In this document: positions 1-15,534 of the stretch, piece by piece
Numbering within the stretch: the first letter of the stretch is position 1
Layout: every line of letters begins with the position of its first letter
The notes under the pieces: model-generated
The model's database searches: none
The model's input: only the letters and a program-made list of their open reading frames with translations
What the model was told of the DNA's origin: nothing
Source of the DNA: the human T2T-CHM13v2.0 reference genome, Homo sapiens
Assembly: GCF_009914755.1 (NCBI RefSeq)
Contig: NC_060927.1
Length of the DNA: 64,000 nucleotides
Strand: one strand, 5' to 3'
Program-made: the position numbers and the translations under genes

Positions 1-613
1 CTGGCATAACAAGGAAGAAAATCAAAATATTTTACCCCAAAACATGTTTCTCTACCATATCTTGAAATGACCCTGCAAAGCCGTCTCTTGTGGGAAAAAT
101 CCATATTCTATAGAAAATCCCTTTTCCCCTTGTTTTCCTTCCTTCCTTTCCAGATCCAGGAGATCATCAACTAAGAGACTTTTAGGTCCGATAAAAAACA
201 TTTTACAACCCGCTCTCTCTCTCTCTCTCTGAAGTCTGCTACCTGAGAGCTTCCTCTGTACAATAAAACTTGGTCTCCATAATTTTTATCTTAACCTGAA
301 CATTTTCTATTCATCCCAGGTCTTCAGATAAACTCAACCAATTGTCAACCAGAAAATGTTTAAATTTACCTACAGGCTGGAAGCCCCTGCTTTGAGTTGT
401 CCTGCCTTTCTGAACCACAGTAACCTATTTCTTACATGTATTTGATTGATGTCTCATGCCTCCCTAAAATATACAAAACCAAGCTGTACCCCGACCACCT
501 TGGGCACATGTTCCCAGGACCTCCTGAGGGCTGTGTCATGGGCCGTGGTCACTCATATTTGGCTCAGAATAAATCTCTAAATATATTTTACAGTTTGACT
601 CTTTTCATCAACA
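1..613 (+). mobile_element. MER4-family ERV1 LTR (5' part outside window)
   Basis: 3' portion ...ccaagctgtaccccgaccaccttgggcacatg...ggctcagaataaatctc...ttcatcaaca matches the recalled MER4 LTR end; contains AATAAA and a terminal CA. Confidence 0.8.
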
Positions 614-802
614 GAACCACCACGGAGAACAATGTGGGAATGATCCAGTCTTACAGAGATGACAGATAGGAGTGAGAGGAGTTTTTGCATTTTTAGTTTT
701 TTGAATGTGTTTTTTGGTACAGCCTTAGTGAAACTTCATTAAGCAATGGCTAGGTACAGATTTGAGAGGCATTAACAATTTTTAGGAGCCTAATAGCTAT
801 CT

Positions 803-1050
803 ATTAATTAATTTGACAAATATTTACTCTGAAATTCCAGTAACTAGGTCCTTGGTAGACTCTGGGGATGCAAAGATGGGGAAGGCAGGATCTCCTGGAG
901 GAGAAAATATTCAGTTGGAGGAGAAAAGCACTTAAACAAATATTAGGTTGGTGTAAAAGTAATTGTGAGTTTTTTTCATTACTTTTAATAGCAAAAACTG
1001 CAATTACTTTTGTACCAACCTAATAATTATGATGCATCATGATGCTGAGG
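803..1050 (-). mobile_element. L2 3' fragment, interrupted by MADE1
   Basis: Degenerate antisense L2 end (aatttgacaaatattta...ctggggatgcaaagatg); boundaries approximate. Confidence 0.5.
943..1023. mobile_element. MADE1 (Hsmar1 mariner MITE)
   Basis: ~80-bp palindrome ttaggttggtgtaaaagtaattg...caattacttttgtaccaacctaa flanked by TA on both sides. Confidence 0.95.
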
Positions 1051-1089
1051 AATGAACTCAAATTGACCTCTGCCAGATCTTCCTTGCCT

Positions 1090-1347
1090 TGTAAAATCCT
1101 GTAAATCTTTTAAAGCCAACTCAAATCCTGCTTTCTCCAAGAATCCTAAGTGCTCAGTTCAGTCAAAACAAATCTCTCTTGCCCTCTAACTTATATATTA
1201 ACAATATTATGTTTGTGTCTCTTTCCCATTTGATTTTATATTCTTGAAGGACAGAAGCTGTATCTTAGCCATCTGTGTATTCTCCAATTTGGCCAGCACA
1301 GTCTTTTTCATGTAGTAAATACTGAATGTTTGTTGAATTGAAATAAA
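1090..1347 (+). mobile_element. L2 3' end
   Basis: cttgaaggacagaagctgtatctt...gtagtaaatactgaatgtttgttgaattgaa is typical of the L2 terminus. Confidence 0.6.
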
Positions 1348-1554
1348 CTTTATTACATTAATCAGTTAGTTCTCATGGAGTTTCCAAATACATTGATTCT
1401 CTGTTGTGGAAGAGAAAGGACAACAGAAGCAACATATTTCTAATTAATAGTTTCAATTTTGGTGAGAAATTATTTGCCTGGAATCTAAAAAAAAGTACAT
1501 GAAGTCTTAATTTTAATATCATTATAGTAAGTGTATGTTGTTTCCACTGAAAAT

Positions 1555-2315
<761 letters not shown>

Positions 2316-2599
2316 CAACATGTAGATTTTTAGACATTATTTGCTGTCACTTGAAACTTAGAAAGATGATGGAATTGCAGACAATTTGAATTCAAGTTAC
2401 TCTGTAATGCTAATGAACAGAATATATCTACTGATTATTACTGATTGTATTTGGAGAAGTTTAGATGGCGGTTACAGTGTTGGAAAGTAGGAATGTCAGA
2501 AATGGGTGTTGAGATCATGTGAAATAAAGTTACTATCAAAGATAGGAATTGAGATCATAGAGAATAAACTCGGAGATATGGGGTAAGCAAGAGCATGCA

Positions 2600-2950
2600 G
2601 AGAGACTTGAATGAGAGGAAGAATTCAGCACCAGATACAATGTAAAACAGGAGGCCATTTCTAGTTCTTGGTGAGAAGAATAGCTGACTGTAGTTACGGC
2701 CCTTTAAACTCACTGCTCTGAGCCACAGTTTAAAATGAGGTTTAGCAGGAGAGAGTTCCATGAAGAACCCCAAAAGTTAAAAAAAAGTATAAATTAATAG
2801 TTTTTAAAATAAAATGATACAAATGTTTTGGGAAAACTAATGAGGTATAAAATGGATTAGAAGGAAGAGGTCATAGAGACAGGAAATCCAGTTAAGGACA
2901 GCTTTATTTGTTCCAGTAAGAGGAGGTGAAGGCAGAGATTAGGATGGAAG
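2600..2950 (-). mobile_element. Degenerate L2 fragment
   Basis: gagacaggaaatccagttaaggacagc...ccagtaagaggaggtgaaggc resembles antisense L2. Confidence 0.4.
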
Positions 2951-4126
2951 ACAGAAGGGATAGAAGTAAAGCTGAAGTTGCTCCATCTGCCAAGATGTCA
3001 GGTTACCTCTGAAAGCCTTTTCATTTACCAGTGATTCATTCTGTTTTGAGTTTTCTTCGGACTTCATTTTCCATTTGTTATTACTGATTACAATAATAAA
3101 GGTCTGATTTAGCACCCTCCCCATATGTTAAGGCCTCGAAGACAAACATAAATGACAAAGATGTGTCTTCTTTGAAAAATTCTTTGTGATTTTAATTTTT
3201 CACACACTCATGAAGTATAACTGAAAGAGATGGTGATTAAGATAATTTAGTATTGTTTTTCACCAAGATGCCTTGGATTTCTAGCATACTTTGATGTAGA
3301 GTATGCTATTCAGAGTACTAAGGTGTGAAGGATTTCTATGGCACTTTGCAATGGTTTCCACACAATGGCTGAAAATGTTTCTACGTGCCTGAGACAAAGG
3401 CTTTTAATCTTTTGCCCAAGGAGCAAGTTTGAGTTTGCCACATAAAATAGCACCCAAGGAACTGGGTCTTGCCTTCTAACGAAAGGGAAGCAATGGAGAT
3501 GGAAATTTTCTTATAGTATTTTCTAAATGTCACTTTGTAGTATTAGATGGAGTTAACTGGCTAGAAATGTCTGAGCTAAAGTTCACTTAAGGTAATGGTT
3601 TTGGGTTACGTTTATCTTAGTCCATTCCTTAGTTTCCAAAAAACAAAAGATATTGAAATGCATGAATAAAAGGAGAATATTCAAGACAATAATAAAAAAC
3701 AACCAGCTGCATTCCATTTTGGAATTAGGATTTTTTAAAAAGACAAGCTGTTAAAACGCGACTGCTCGTCTACTCCAATATGTTGAGAAACAGGGTCTCT
3801 GGTTATTAAAGCCAAAGCTGAAATTATTTTCAAATAATTATTATTCCATCATTTATAGTCCACTGAAAACATGCTTAAAGCGTAACTTGTTCTGGTCGCC
3901 AAAGGTGAAATGATAAAAGTCACTAAAACATGAACCTGAGAAGTATCTAAACCCACTTTTGCTTTGCCGTTGATGATTCCTTATCTTGCAACGATAATTT
4001 CCACCCAGCAAATATCCTTTGCCTGGGTTCATAGGACATATTTCTGCCATTTTTCTTGCATTGTTAATGAGTCGCCTGAAGCACGCAATCTGTGGTGGGA
4101 CAGTTTTACTTTAAAAAGGTATAAAT

Positions 4127-4445
4127 AGCCGGGCGCGGTGGCTCACGCCTGCAATTCCAACAGTTTGGGAGGCCAGGTGGGCAGATTACTTGAGGTCAGG
4201 AATTCAAGACCAGACTGGCCGATATGGTGAAACCCCGTCCCTACTAAAAATACAAAAAAATTAGCCGAGGGTGGTGGTGCACGCCTGTAGTCCCAGCTAC
4301 TCAGGAGGCTGAGGCAGGAGAATCTCTTGAGCCTGGGAGGCGGAGCTTGCAGTGAGCCGAGATGGCGCCATTGCCGCACTTCAGCCTGGGCGGCAGAGCA
4401 AGACTCCCAGACTCTGTCTAAGAACAACAACAACAACAACAACAA
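4127..4445 (+). mobile_element. AluS with (AAC)n tail followed by (TA)n
   Basis: Full dimeric Alu retaining many CpGs; tail aacaacaac... Confidence 0.97.
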
Positions 4446-5115
4446 ATATATATATATAAATGAGGCGGATTGTAGACTTGGGCGTTTCAAATATCCACAG
4501 TCCACTGCTAGTTCATTTTTCTTTCTTCTCCATTCCAAAAGCCAGTAGTTGTTTTCTTCCACGGGAATCTAGGCTTAATTTGGATTAAAATTGTCCTGGA
4601 ATTTATGGGAACCTGCTTTTCTGAACTCCGGTCTTAAAAATCTTCCAGAATATAACATTTTCACAGATAAGAAGTTTCAGATTCTGTTCCTTTTGGCTTT
4701 AATGCAAGGTTTTCTATTTTTTTCCCCCTAAATCTACTATTAATATTTCTCTAAAAATGGCAAGCATTTTAAGAAACTTTCTTATAATTCTCTTGCCCAT
4801 TCCTCCAATCCCCATATTGAATATTCACATTTTTCCTAAAAAGAACAACTATTTTACTTGATCTTGGTATCCTATTGTACTCTTCATAAACCAAAAAAAA
4901 AAAAAAACCCATAAATTTTACATCTTAACTTTCACAGTTACTACAATCTTAAGGACGCAGGTAAACTTTACTCATATAACTCAATGTGATCTCACTTTGC
5001 ATTGTAGAGCCTGCCAAAAAGTGGGTAGTTTGTTCAGTCCACCCTAGTAATTTTCCAAGTCAGTGTAGGTTAAAATATTGTCAATTCAAGAGTCTACTGT
5101 CTTCTCCGTCTTCAG

Positions 5116-5174
5116 GGAATGGTGTTTGAATCTAGGGGAGATTTATATCTCAAGGATAGGCAGGAAGGGTGAAG
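5116..5174 (+). other. Candidate exon (59 nt), transcript unknown
   Basis: Acceptor gtcttctccgtcttcag| and donor AAG|GTGAGC in non-repeat DNA. Confidence 0.25.
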
Positions 5175-5320
5175 GTGAGCCAGTGGTCCCTGACAGCATC
5201 TATATAGTGTCTGCTGCTGCGAATAATAATAATAGATACTCCGTCTTCTACCCCTGGGTTATCCATGGTGACGATTCTGGCAAGGAAATAGTGTGATCTC
5301 CTTCCTTGTCTCTGTGGCAG

Positions 5321-5389
5321 GGGTGACACATACAAGGTTTCAGCTCCACATTTTCCAGCTGGTGACTGAAATATTACACTTCTTTCAAT
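5321..5389 (+). other. Candidate exon (69 nt), transcript unknown
   Basis: Acceptor ctccttccttgtctctgtggcag| and donor AAT|GTAAGT. Confidence 0.3.
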
Positions 5390-7595
5390 GTAAGTTTTCT
5401 CACTCCTTTTAAAGAACTTCTTAGCAGGTAGTTGCTCTCACCTGCAGAAAAATTTCACATTCTATTTATGGGGATAAAATTTTGCATCTCTTCCTCACGG
5501 CTTGTGGGGTACCAGGAAGATTCAGGAGGGAGATGTCCTCAGGTCTCTCCTATCCATATTCATTACCCTGTCACCTCACTGCTCTCTGCTTGGCCAGGTG
5601 GTACAAGGACTATTGCCAGAAAAGAAATTGTTCTCAAAAATCTTCAGCTGGAAGCTGGTTCTAATTCCCTAATTTCAAGAGGGAGTTTGCCCCCTGTTCA
5701 TCATTTTAAATTCCAATTATTGGAGCACATAATCCACTTCTCAACTCTCTGTTACCAGAGATTTGTTCTTTTTACAAAGAAGGTGGGAAAACGTAAGAAA
5801 AAAAAATTGGTTCAGATGGATAGTAACAGTTTTTAAATTCTACACCTCACACCTACATCCTTGCTGTTTACCAAAAACCCTTCCTTCCCAAATTTGGTGT
5901 CTTTGTTCATCGGTCTTGGCAACTTTTTTCCCATCCATCACAGGGACCCACATGCTTCAGGGTTCAAATGAGTGGGGTCATGGAGGAGAAGTACATGCTG
6001 ATTAGTGTAATCAAGATGTATCCTCTGGCCCCAGCTGAGGTTTATGATGGAACCATGTAAGATTATTCATGGAGGTGCTGATGACAACAGAGGAGTACCA
6101 CAGGATTTAGCGAAATGTCTAAGAAGGAAAATGCTTCTCTAGATGTATAATAAGCTTCAGCTGCACTTCAGTGTGGTGAGAAGAAAATCAGTGTTGTTTT
6201 TTGGAGCTAAATTCTGTCCCATACTTGAAAATGTTAACACAGTGGAAACTTTTGATCAAAAAACTAGGACATCATTTTGCATAAAGTGCTAGAGCAGATT
6301 CTATAATACCTACAGAATGGCAGAAAGGCTGTTTGCACGAGAGGACACCATAAATCCACTCAGTACTAATAGCATGCAATGAAAACTCTTTTCAGAAGAG
6401 AGATTTTGCACACAAAGAGCCCCGAGGGAAGAGATAGCAATGGAAACATCCATCAAGTAAGGAAAGGGTGTTTAGAAAATTGCTCTTCCGACTCCATCTA
6501 TCATACTATCAGAGACTGCTGTGTTAATCCATTTACCACCACTAAGCATGAGCACAAAGACAAAATGCAGAAGTATTCCTTGGGGAGAGCTTTCAACAAA
6601 ACTTCTATAGAGGCTAATGTGGACAATGGGGATTTTTCCCATGTCACATCCAAAAAGCACTGAGTGCAACTTACACATCAACATGCAGCTGTGGGTGGTT
6701 TTTCAAATATAAGTCATCTCTTAATTCTTTGCTCCAAGGGGCATTGTTTTCTTCCTTCACAGGACAAGTTCTCAGTTGTGAATACATGCTGCAGCTCCTC
6801 TCTGCCTCTTCAATGGCAATATAAACTTCATATTATCCTGAGGGTTAAAAACAAAATAAGATCTTACTTCTCTGAATTCATTCTCCATGTATGGTAAAAA
6901 GGGCATTAATTAGAAATACTGCAATGATTATATAAAAATATTCATAATTACTTTCTTAGCTTTTACAATTGTCCCCAAAAAGAAAAGCATAGCCAAGTGT
7001 TTACCATGCTATTAAATATTATCAATTTCAATATTAATACATTGATAATGAAAATAATTCCATTTGTTTTTACAGTGGTTTTCTGTCTTTATAGTTATTT
7101 CACATCTTTTATTGCATTTGACTCACTTATTTGAATATTCTGAAAGTTACATACTTCCCTACTCTATTGACTAATTGTTCTTTCAAATGATTAAATAAAT
7201 CTTTTTGGGGAAAGACATATGAAATTACAAGATGAAAACAATTCTTAGGGACATTATGCTCTGACCATTTCAATGAAGTCTTAGTCATGTGTGACTGGGA
7301 GAGAAAGAAGCAATGCCTTGAAAAATGATAGTGAGTGCAGCAGCTGCTTTGAAGAGCAAACGCCCTAGCCCATGTCACACCATTAAGAAGGATTATTCCC
7401 TAAAGAGAATAGTATAGACAAGTCACTTATTTAACTATGAGGTAAATTTCCAGGAAGAAGATTTAGATTTAAATTTCTTCGAGAAATCTACAGACTACTA
7501 AAATTCACCCATAACAATGATCCAGACATGCTATGTTAATGTTAGTGTTTTCAACTTTTTGAGTAGAACCTGTTTATAAAATATTACACAGATAT

Positions 7596-7918
<323 letters not shown>

Positions 7919-8807
7919 TTATTATTTGGTGTCTGGGAGAATTGTAAGGACCACACATTTTTATGAATTTAGCAAAATATACGTTTATAATAATTTATCT
8001 TTAAATAATCACACCGTAATTTACATGTGGTAAATTATGTAAAATGTACCTGTGTCTATAGCTATGTTTGGCTAACATATAAATTCTTATTACACCTCAA
8101 GGCCTTCAGATGTTTTCAGCTTATCAGCTAAGAATTTCAATCAATTAACATTAAATTTATATCCACAAATTAATTAATTTATTAATTGAACATTTTAAAA
8201 AGCATTTCTTTAGGCATTGCATAATACTAGGTGCTGTGAAAGAAAGAAATAAAATCAGACATTCTTTAGAGCAACTGAGAGTCTAATAACATATACATAC
8301 ATATATGTGTATATATATATGTAACTATAATATTAAGTAAAAGTTAATTACAAGACTCATTTCCAGAAAAATGACAGACTAGATACCCTGAACACCTTCC
8401 CTCACCTGCCAAATTATAAAAATAAAGTGCACCTAGTTTTTTCTTACAATTCTGTGCTTTTGGAAAATAATATTTAAAAATCTTTCTATGGGAATTCATC
8501 TTTAAGTTAAGATTCCCACAGACAAAATTTCAAACTTGCAGTCAAAACCATAAGGCCCTCATTGGAAATAAGGCAAAGCAAAGCCAGCAAGAAATAACAG
8601 ACAATTAAATCAGATATTACAGATTTCAAATATTAGAATTATTAGACTGAAATAGAATAATATATTTGTTATGCATAATAAAATAAATAGGAAAGGAAAA
8701 TTTGACTAAGGAATAAGGGACTATAAGATTGGTCAGGCAGATTTAGGAAAAAATCAAATGAACATGTAGGAATACAAAAATTGATATTTAAATTTAACAT
8801 CTGTGTT

Positions 8808-10182
8808 ATAAATAGGTATAAATTTCTGTGATCTTGGATTAGGTAATGGTTTCTTAAGTAAGACACCTACAGTACAAATAACCAAAGAAAAAATAGAAAA
8901 ACTAAATGTCATTAAATTTAGAAAGCTTTTGTGCCTCTAACAAATGGTGTTGGGTCAACTGGATAGCCACATGCAAAAGAATGAGCTGGACCCTTACCTC
9001 ACGCCATATACAAAAACTGATTCAAAATGAATCAGAGACCTAAATGTAAGAGCAGAAAATATGTCTTTGAAGAAAATTTAGGAATAAATCGTATGACTTT
9101 GCATCTGACAATGATTTAGCTATGACACTAAAAGCACAAGCACCAACAACAAAATAATATTTAGACTTAATCAAAATTTGAAAATGTATATAAAGAACAC
9201 TAGACAACCTACATAATGGGAGAAAATATTTGCAAATTATATATATAATATATAATTATATATTTGCAAATTAAATATATAATAAAGATTTAGTATTCAG
9301 AATATATAAAGAAATTTTACAACAACAAAAAGACAAAACAATCCAGCTTAAAAATGGGCAAAGCACTTATATAGACATTTCTCCAAAGAAGTTATACAAA
9401 TAGCCAATAAACACAAAATAAGATGTTCACATTATTAGTCATTAGGAAAATACAAATCAAAACCACAGTAAGATACCACTTTATGACCGGTAGGATGGAT
9501 ACAAATTTTTTTTAAGCAGAAAATAACAAGTGTTGGTAAGGACATGGAGAAATTGGAATCCTCATGCAATGCTGGTAGAAATGTAAAATGGTGCAGCCAC
9601 CATGGAAAACAATCAGACAGTTCCTCAAAAAGTTAAACATGGAGTTACCATCATTCCCACTCCTAGAAGAGAACTGAAAACATATGTCCACACAAACACT
9701 TCACATGAATGTTCATAACAGCATTACTCATAATAGTTAGAAAGTAGAAACAACCCAACTGTCTTTCAACTGATGAATGCATAAATAAAATATGATATTA
9801 CCTCTATAACAGAATATTATCCAGCAATAAAAAATGAAATGCTGGTACATACTACAGCATGGATAAATCTTGAAGACATTATGCTATGTGAAAGAAGCCA
9901 GACACAAAAGGCCTCATATTGTATGATCCCACTTACATGAAATGCCCAGAATAGGCAAATCCATAGAGACAGACCTGGTTAATGATTGCCAGGGTCTGGA
10001 GAGAGGGGAAAAGAAAGCCACTGTTAATGGGTATGAGGTTTCTTTTTGGCGTGATAAAAATGCTCTGGAATTAGACATTGACGATTAAGTACAACTTTGT
10101 GAATCTACTCAAAACACTGAATTGCACATTTTTTTAAAGGGTAAATTTTATGGTAGGTGAATTCTATTTTGATTTTTTAAAA
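8808..10182 (+). mobile_element. L1MB-type 3' end (L1MB7/8-like)
   Basis: ORF2 end plus 3'UTR (gaaagaagccagacacaaaaggcc...gggtaaattttatggtaggtgaatt). Confidence 0.85.
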
Positions 10183-10548
10183 ACTAATGTGTATTATAGC
10201 AGACTTTATATAAATGAGGAAAGGATCAATAAACTGGAAGATAGAAAAATTTATTCAACATGCTTCTCAGAGAGAAAAATTAATAAATTGTATATGACAG
10301 TGGAAGTAAGTAATGTAAAGGAGAATGAGAAAGCTGACATATACCTAACTGGAGTTACAATAGAAGAGAAAAGGGAAAATAGAAATGAGTCAATATGTAA
10401 GGCATTAACACCCCAAAACATTTCAAATGTATTTTCAAAAACTGTTCTCATTTCAGGAAACTGAACAAATTCTGAATATAAGTAAGAAAAAGAGAAATAC
10501 ACTACTAGATACAGCATAGGGGAACACAATTAGAAAAAGAGAGAAGAT

Positions 10549-10861
10549 GGCCAGGTGTGGTGGCTCACGCCTGTAATCTCAGCACTTTGGGAGGCCGAGG
10601 CAGGCGGATCACAAGGTCAGGAGTTCGAGACCAGCCTGGCCATTATGGTGAAACCCTGTCCCTGCTAAAAATACAAAAATTAGCTGGGCGTGGTGGTGGG
10701 CGCCTATAGTCTCAACTACTTGGGAGGCTGAGGCAGGAGAATTGAACCCGGGAGGCAGGGGTTGCAGTGAGCCAAGATCACGCCACTGCACACCAGCCTG
10801 GGCGACAGAGTGAGACTCCATCTCAAAAAAAAAAAAAAAAAGAAAAAAGAAAAGAAAGAAA
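10549..10861 (+). mobile_element. AluSg-like
   Basis: Full Alu; 17-bp TSD agaaaaagagagaagat. Confidence 0.97.
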
Positions 10862-11518
10862 AGAAAAAGAGAGAAGATAAGTTGACTGTATGAAGAAATA
10901 GACAAATATTCTTAAAAAGAAAAAATGTTAAAATGACAGCTGGTTTCCCAGGAAAAAATAAAAATGAAAGCCAGAGAAAAACTGTAATAGTATATTGAAA
11001 TTATTGAGAGAAAATAACTATCAATCCAGAATTGCACAGTTCGTGAAACATATCTTCTAATAATGAAGGCAAAATAAAATACTTTCGGAAAAAACCTGAA
11101 AGAATGTGGCAATAACCAATTCTCACAAAAAAAAAAAAAAACTTCATAAAACATGAAAGGTTTCATGTGCAAGAAGAAATAATGAGCAAAGAAATAGATA
11201 CATTTATGAGTAAATCTAAACAACATAACAGTAAAAGACAATAATTAGTAATAATGTCTAATTTATGGAGTTATGTAAGATAGAACAAAAATTCTATACA
11301 ATAGTAGTATATAAGTTGGGAGGAGGCTGATCAGAGTCAGTCATCTGAGGTTCTTGTATTGTTTATGAGAAAAGAAAAGATGATGATTAACTTTAGACTT
11401 TGCATACTAGAATTTTTAGAATGAGCATAACAGAATTAAAAATAGAAGATAATAGCGGGTATAAATTCTCACTGCTAGAATAAAAAATGAAATCACGAAA
11501 AAAAACCCCACAAACTTC

Positions 11519-12160
11519 TGTATCAGCTGCTTAACAAAGTGCCCTAAAACTTAGTGTCTTAAAAGAGCAATCATTTATTATTGCTCATCAGCTGGTAGAT
11601 TAACTAGGCTGTTCCACTAATTTGGGCTAGATTTAGCTGTTCTTGGATAGACTCACTTATGTCATGACTCACGCTTCATCCCTGGGAGCTGGTCAGAGAT
11701 GGCCTTATCTAGAGCAGCTCATCTCTTTTCCTTGTAGCCTCTCATCCTCCAACAGGCCAGCCTGCTCTTGTTCACATATTAACTGGACAAGTCCCAACAG
11801 AATGAATGCCTAAATCAGAGATTAGCAAACTTTCTCTGTAAAGGTCCAGATAGTAAATATTTTAGGCTTTGCAGGCCATACAATTGCAACCACTCAGCTC
11901 TGCTGTTTTGGCAAGAAAGCATCCATTGCCAATATGAACATGAATGAACGTGGCTGTGTTACAATTAATCTTTATGTTAAAAGATGGACAGCAGGCCAGA
12001 TTTGGCCTGTGGGCTTTAGTTTGCTTACTCCTGGCATAGACTTAGGACTGGTATAGCTTCTTTCACCTCTTGATAGAAAGAAATGCAAAGTCTTATTACC
12101 AAAGGGATTCCTTTTACAGGGAGAGAAATGATTGCATCTCATTTTGATAATCCACCATAA
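11519..12160 (-). mobile_element. MLT1-family (MaLR) LTR, interrupted by MER58A
   Basis: ccctaaaacttagtgtcttaaaagagcaatcatttatta is a typical antisense MLT1 start. Confidence 0.7.
11816..12033 (+). mobile_element. MER58A (hAT-Charlie MITE)
   Basis: cag..gcaaactttctctgtaaaggtccagatagtaaatattttaggctttgcaggcc...tagtttgcttactcctg with terminal inverted repeats. Confidence 0.9.
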
Positions 12161-12184
12161 TTTCAATAAATCAAAAAGAAGTCA

Positions 12185-12490
<306 letters not shown>

Positions 12491-12724
12491 AAAGAAGTCA
12501 AGAAAAGAGAGAGAAAGTTCACAGAAAAAGTAAAAATAAGACAATATAAAGCAATATAAGTAAAGTCAAACATATTATTCACAAATTTACAGTAAATGTG
12601 AAGGGAATCATCTCTCAATTTAAAGCTGTAAAGCCAAAATTATTGAAACAGCAAAGAGGAATTTTAAAACCCATCAACGCTGTGGGAGATTTTAGCTTAT
12701 TTCTCTCAGTAATTGATTAAGCAA

Positions 12725-13230
12725 AATGGCATGATTCAGTGCAGCTGAAGACGTGCATCCTGCATAACCCTGCAATTCTGGTCCTAGATGAACATTCTGA
12801 AGTGACTCTTAGGGATGCGCACAAAGACTCATGCACAAGGTGGTTCACAGAAGCATTGTGTATAGAGAAAAAACTGGAAACAACCAAACTGTCAGTCAAA
12901 AGGAGAATGAACAAAGAAAATGTGAATGAGGCCAATAGTAGAATTCTACACAATAGAGAAAAGGAATAAACCCCACCTTTATGGATGTATCTCAGGAGCT
13001 GAGAGTGCAATGTACAAAGCACATTGCAGAAGAGCACATACAATCTGACTTCACTTACCTACGGTTCAAAACATGCAAAACTAAACACTTTATTTTTAGG
13101 AAAAAAATAGATGGTAAGACTATTAAGATGGTGCTTACCTTTGTAGGTCGGGTTGGGAATGGTATGGGAGGGACATAAAGGGGGATTTGAAGATAGCTCT
13201 TAAGGAGGGTGTCTATTTTATATTATCTGT
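12725..13230 (+). mobile_element. L1ME 3' end
   Basis: Degenerate ORF2 C-terminus (CTRWFTEALCIEKKLETTK) and 3'UTR. Confidence 0.7.
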
Positions 13231-13649
13231 TTCCAATATAAACCAAATGGGCTTCTCTGAGTTTCCTTTCCTCTCATCCATCACCTCATTTGCATAATAC
13301 ACGTTCATCTTAGTGCAGGGGAGAGGGAAAGAGGTTATATAGCCTGTTACAAATGAGGCTGAGTTCTCAGATACAAAAATTTCCCTTTTATCTTACAATT
13401 GCATTATACTGAAAGTGAAACCTGTATCTCATTCTACTAAAGCAGAAAAACTTTAAATGACATTTTCAAATGTCTAGTATAAATGATATTTATGTTCAGT
13501 AGAATATAATTAGATTTTAATTCTCTGTTGATTTTGGTCTTTATGCCTGATTATAACAAATTTGCATTTAGGAAATTTTGTGTCACTTAAAAGATTCTTC
13601 AAGCTAAAATCTACAGACCATGTGATTATTTAGTTCACCACGTATATTA

Positions 13650-13731
13650 CAATTTGAGCATCCCTAATCCAAAAATTTGAAATCCAAACACTTCTGGTCT
13701 CATGCATTTTGGATAAGGGGTACTCAACTCG
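13650..13731. mobile_element. Tigger4a/MER46-like MITE, internally deleted
   Basis: TIRs ttgagcatccctaatcc / ggataaggggtactcaa flanked by TA. Confidence 0.8.
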
Positions 13732-14411
13732 TATTGCAAAATGTATTCTGCTGTGGGTGTTTCCCTATCCTGATGCTATTAAACCAGGCAATCCACCTGT
13801 GAAGTCCTATAAATTTCTGTGAAGGATCCTATGAATTCTTCAATAAATCAAAACAAGTCTTAAGCATTCTAGCCCTTTTCTTATTGTTTGTCTGGAAACT
13901 TCTAATTCAGTGACCTTCAGTTAGTGGGGTGGGAAAAAGAGAGGAAATATTTTCCAGCTTCAACTAAGGCCTCACCTGTAGCTATGACTCCATGGAATAT
14001 GGTCCTTGTGGTCTTCCTTTGAGAATCAGAGGGGCAGAGAGCTGCAGTGCTTAGAGATGACTGATGTCTCGCTGGGTTGGTGCAGAAGCCTAAGCTTCAC
14101 TCCTGCCCTTGCTCTGTCTCTAGTCAAAAAAGCACCCACACGGCTTTGGATTTTGTGGCATTGACTGTCATCCTGATTCATGCTTGCCTGTGGGACATGG
14201 CAGAGTTGAGTTTCCGTGGCTCAGTGCTCACTGCGCCCTGGCCAGGGTTCTTGCCTGCCCTTGGTGCTTCTTACCGCATTATATTTCAGGCCACCACTCT
14301 GCTTGACCTGGATCCACCAGACAGGTGGAGCTACTGTAATCCCTTTCAAGGGAGGTTTACATAGCATTAGAACTAAATCTTCTTTTATTTGTTCATACAT
14401 ATTAAATTACT

Positions 14412-14662
14412 GCTGGTGGATAGAAATGTTTTCTAAAGAGCAAGACTGCTTGGGTTCAAATCTCAGTTCCATTACTTACTAGTTGTGTGACCTGGGACAA
14501 GTTTTCATGTCTCTGTTCCTTCGTTTCTTCCTTACAAAATGGATATAATGAAATTATCCAATTTATGGGTTTGTTTGAGAGGATTAAATTAGTTAAAATA
14601 TGTGGAACACTTAGGACATGCCTAGAATGTAGTAAACACTCCATCAATGTTAGTAATTCTTT
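14412..14662 (+). mobile_element. MIR (near full length)
   Basis: gactgcttgggttcaaatctcagttcc...tgtgtgacctgggacaagtt core...gaggattaaa. Confidence 0.9.
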
Positions 14663-14758
14663 CTACTGTTTGTTACAGAAAGTTCTGAGTGTTAAAGGGT
14701 ATTTTATGTCTAGAGACAAAGTACAAAATTTGAGAGAGCTTTAACATTAGTACTAGAG

Positions 14759-15534
<776 letters not shown>

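Noticed and set aside
3282-3308. 9-bp hairpin tagcatact...agtatgcta
   Set aside because: Too short to imply a structured RNA; expected occasionally by chance
3853-4050. 65-aa ORF MAEICPMNPGKG... with a good start context
   Set aside because: No recognisable homology or splice structure; length within chance range
6379-6684. Overlapping 94-aa (+) and 70-aa (-) ORFs
   Set aside because: No family motif identified on either strand
8808-8940. L1 segment represented twice (also ~9075-9200)
   Set aside because: Adjacent old L1 fragments or a 5' rearrangement; common and uninformative
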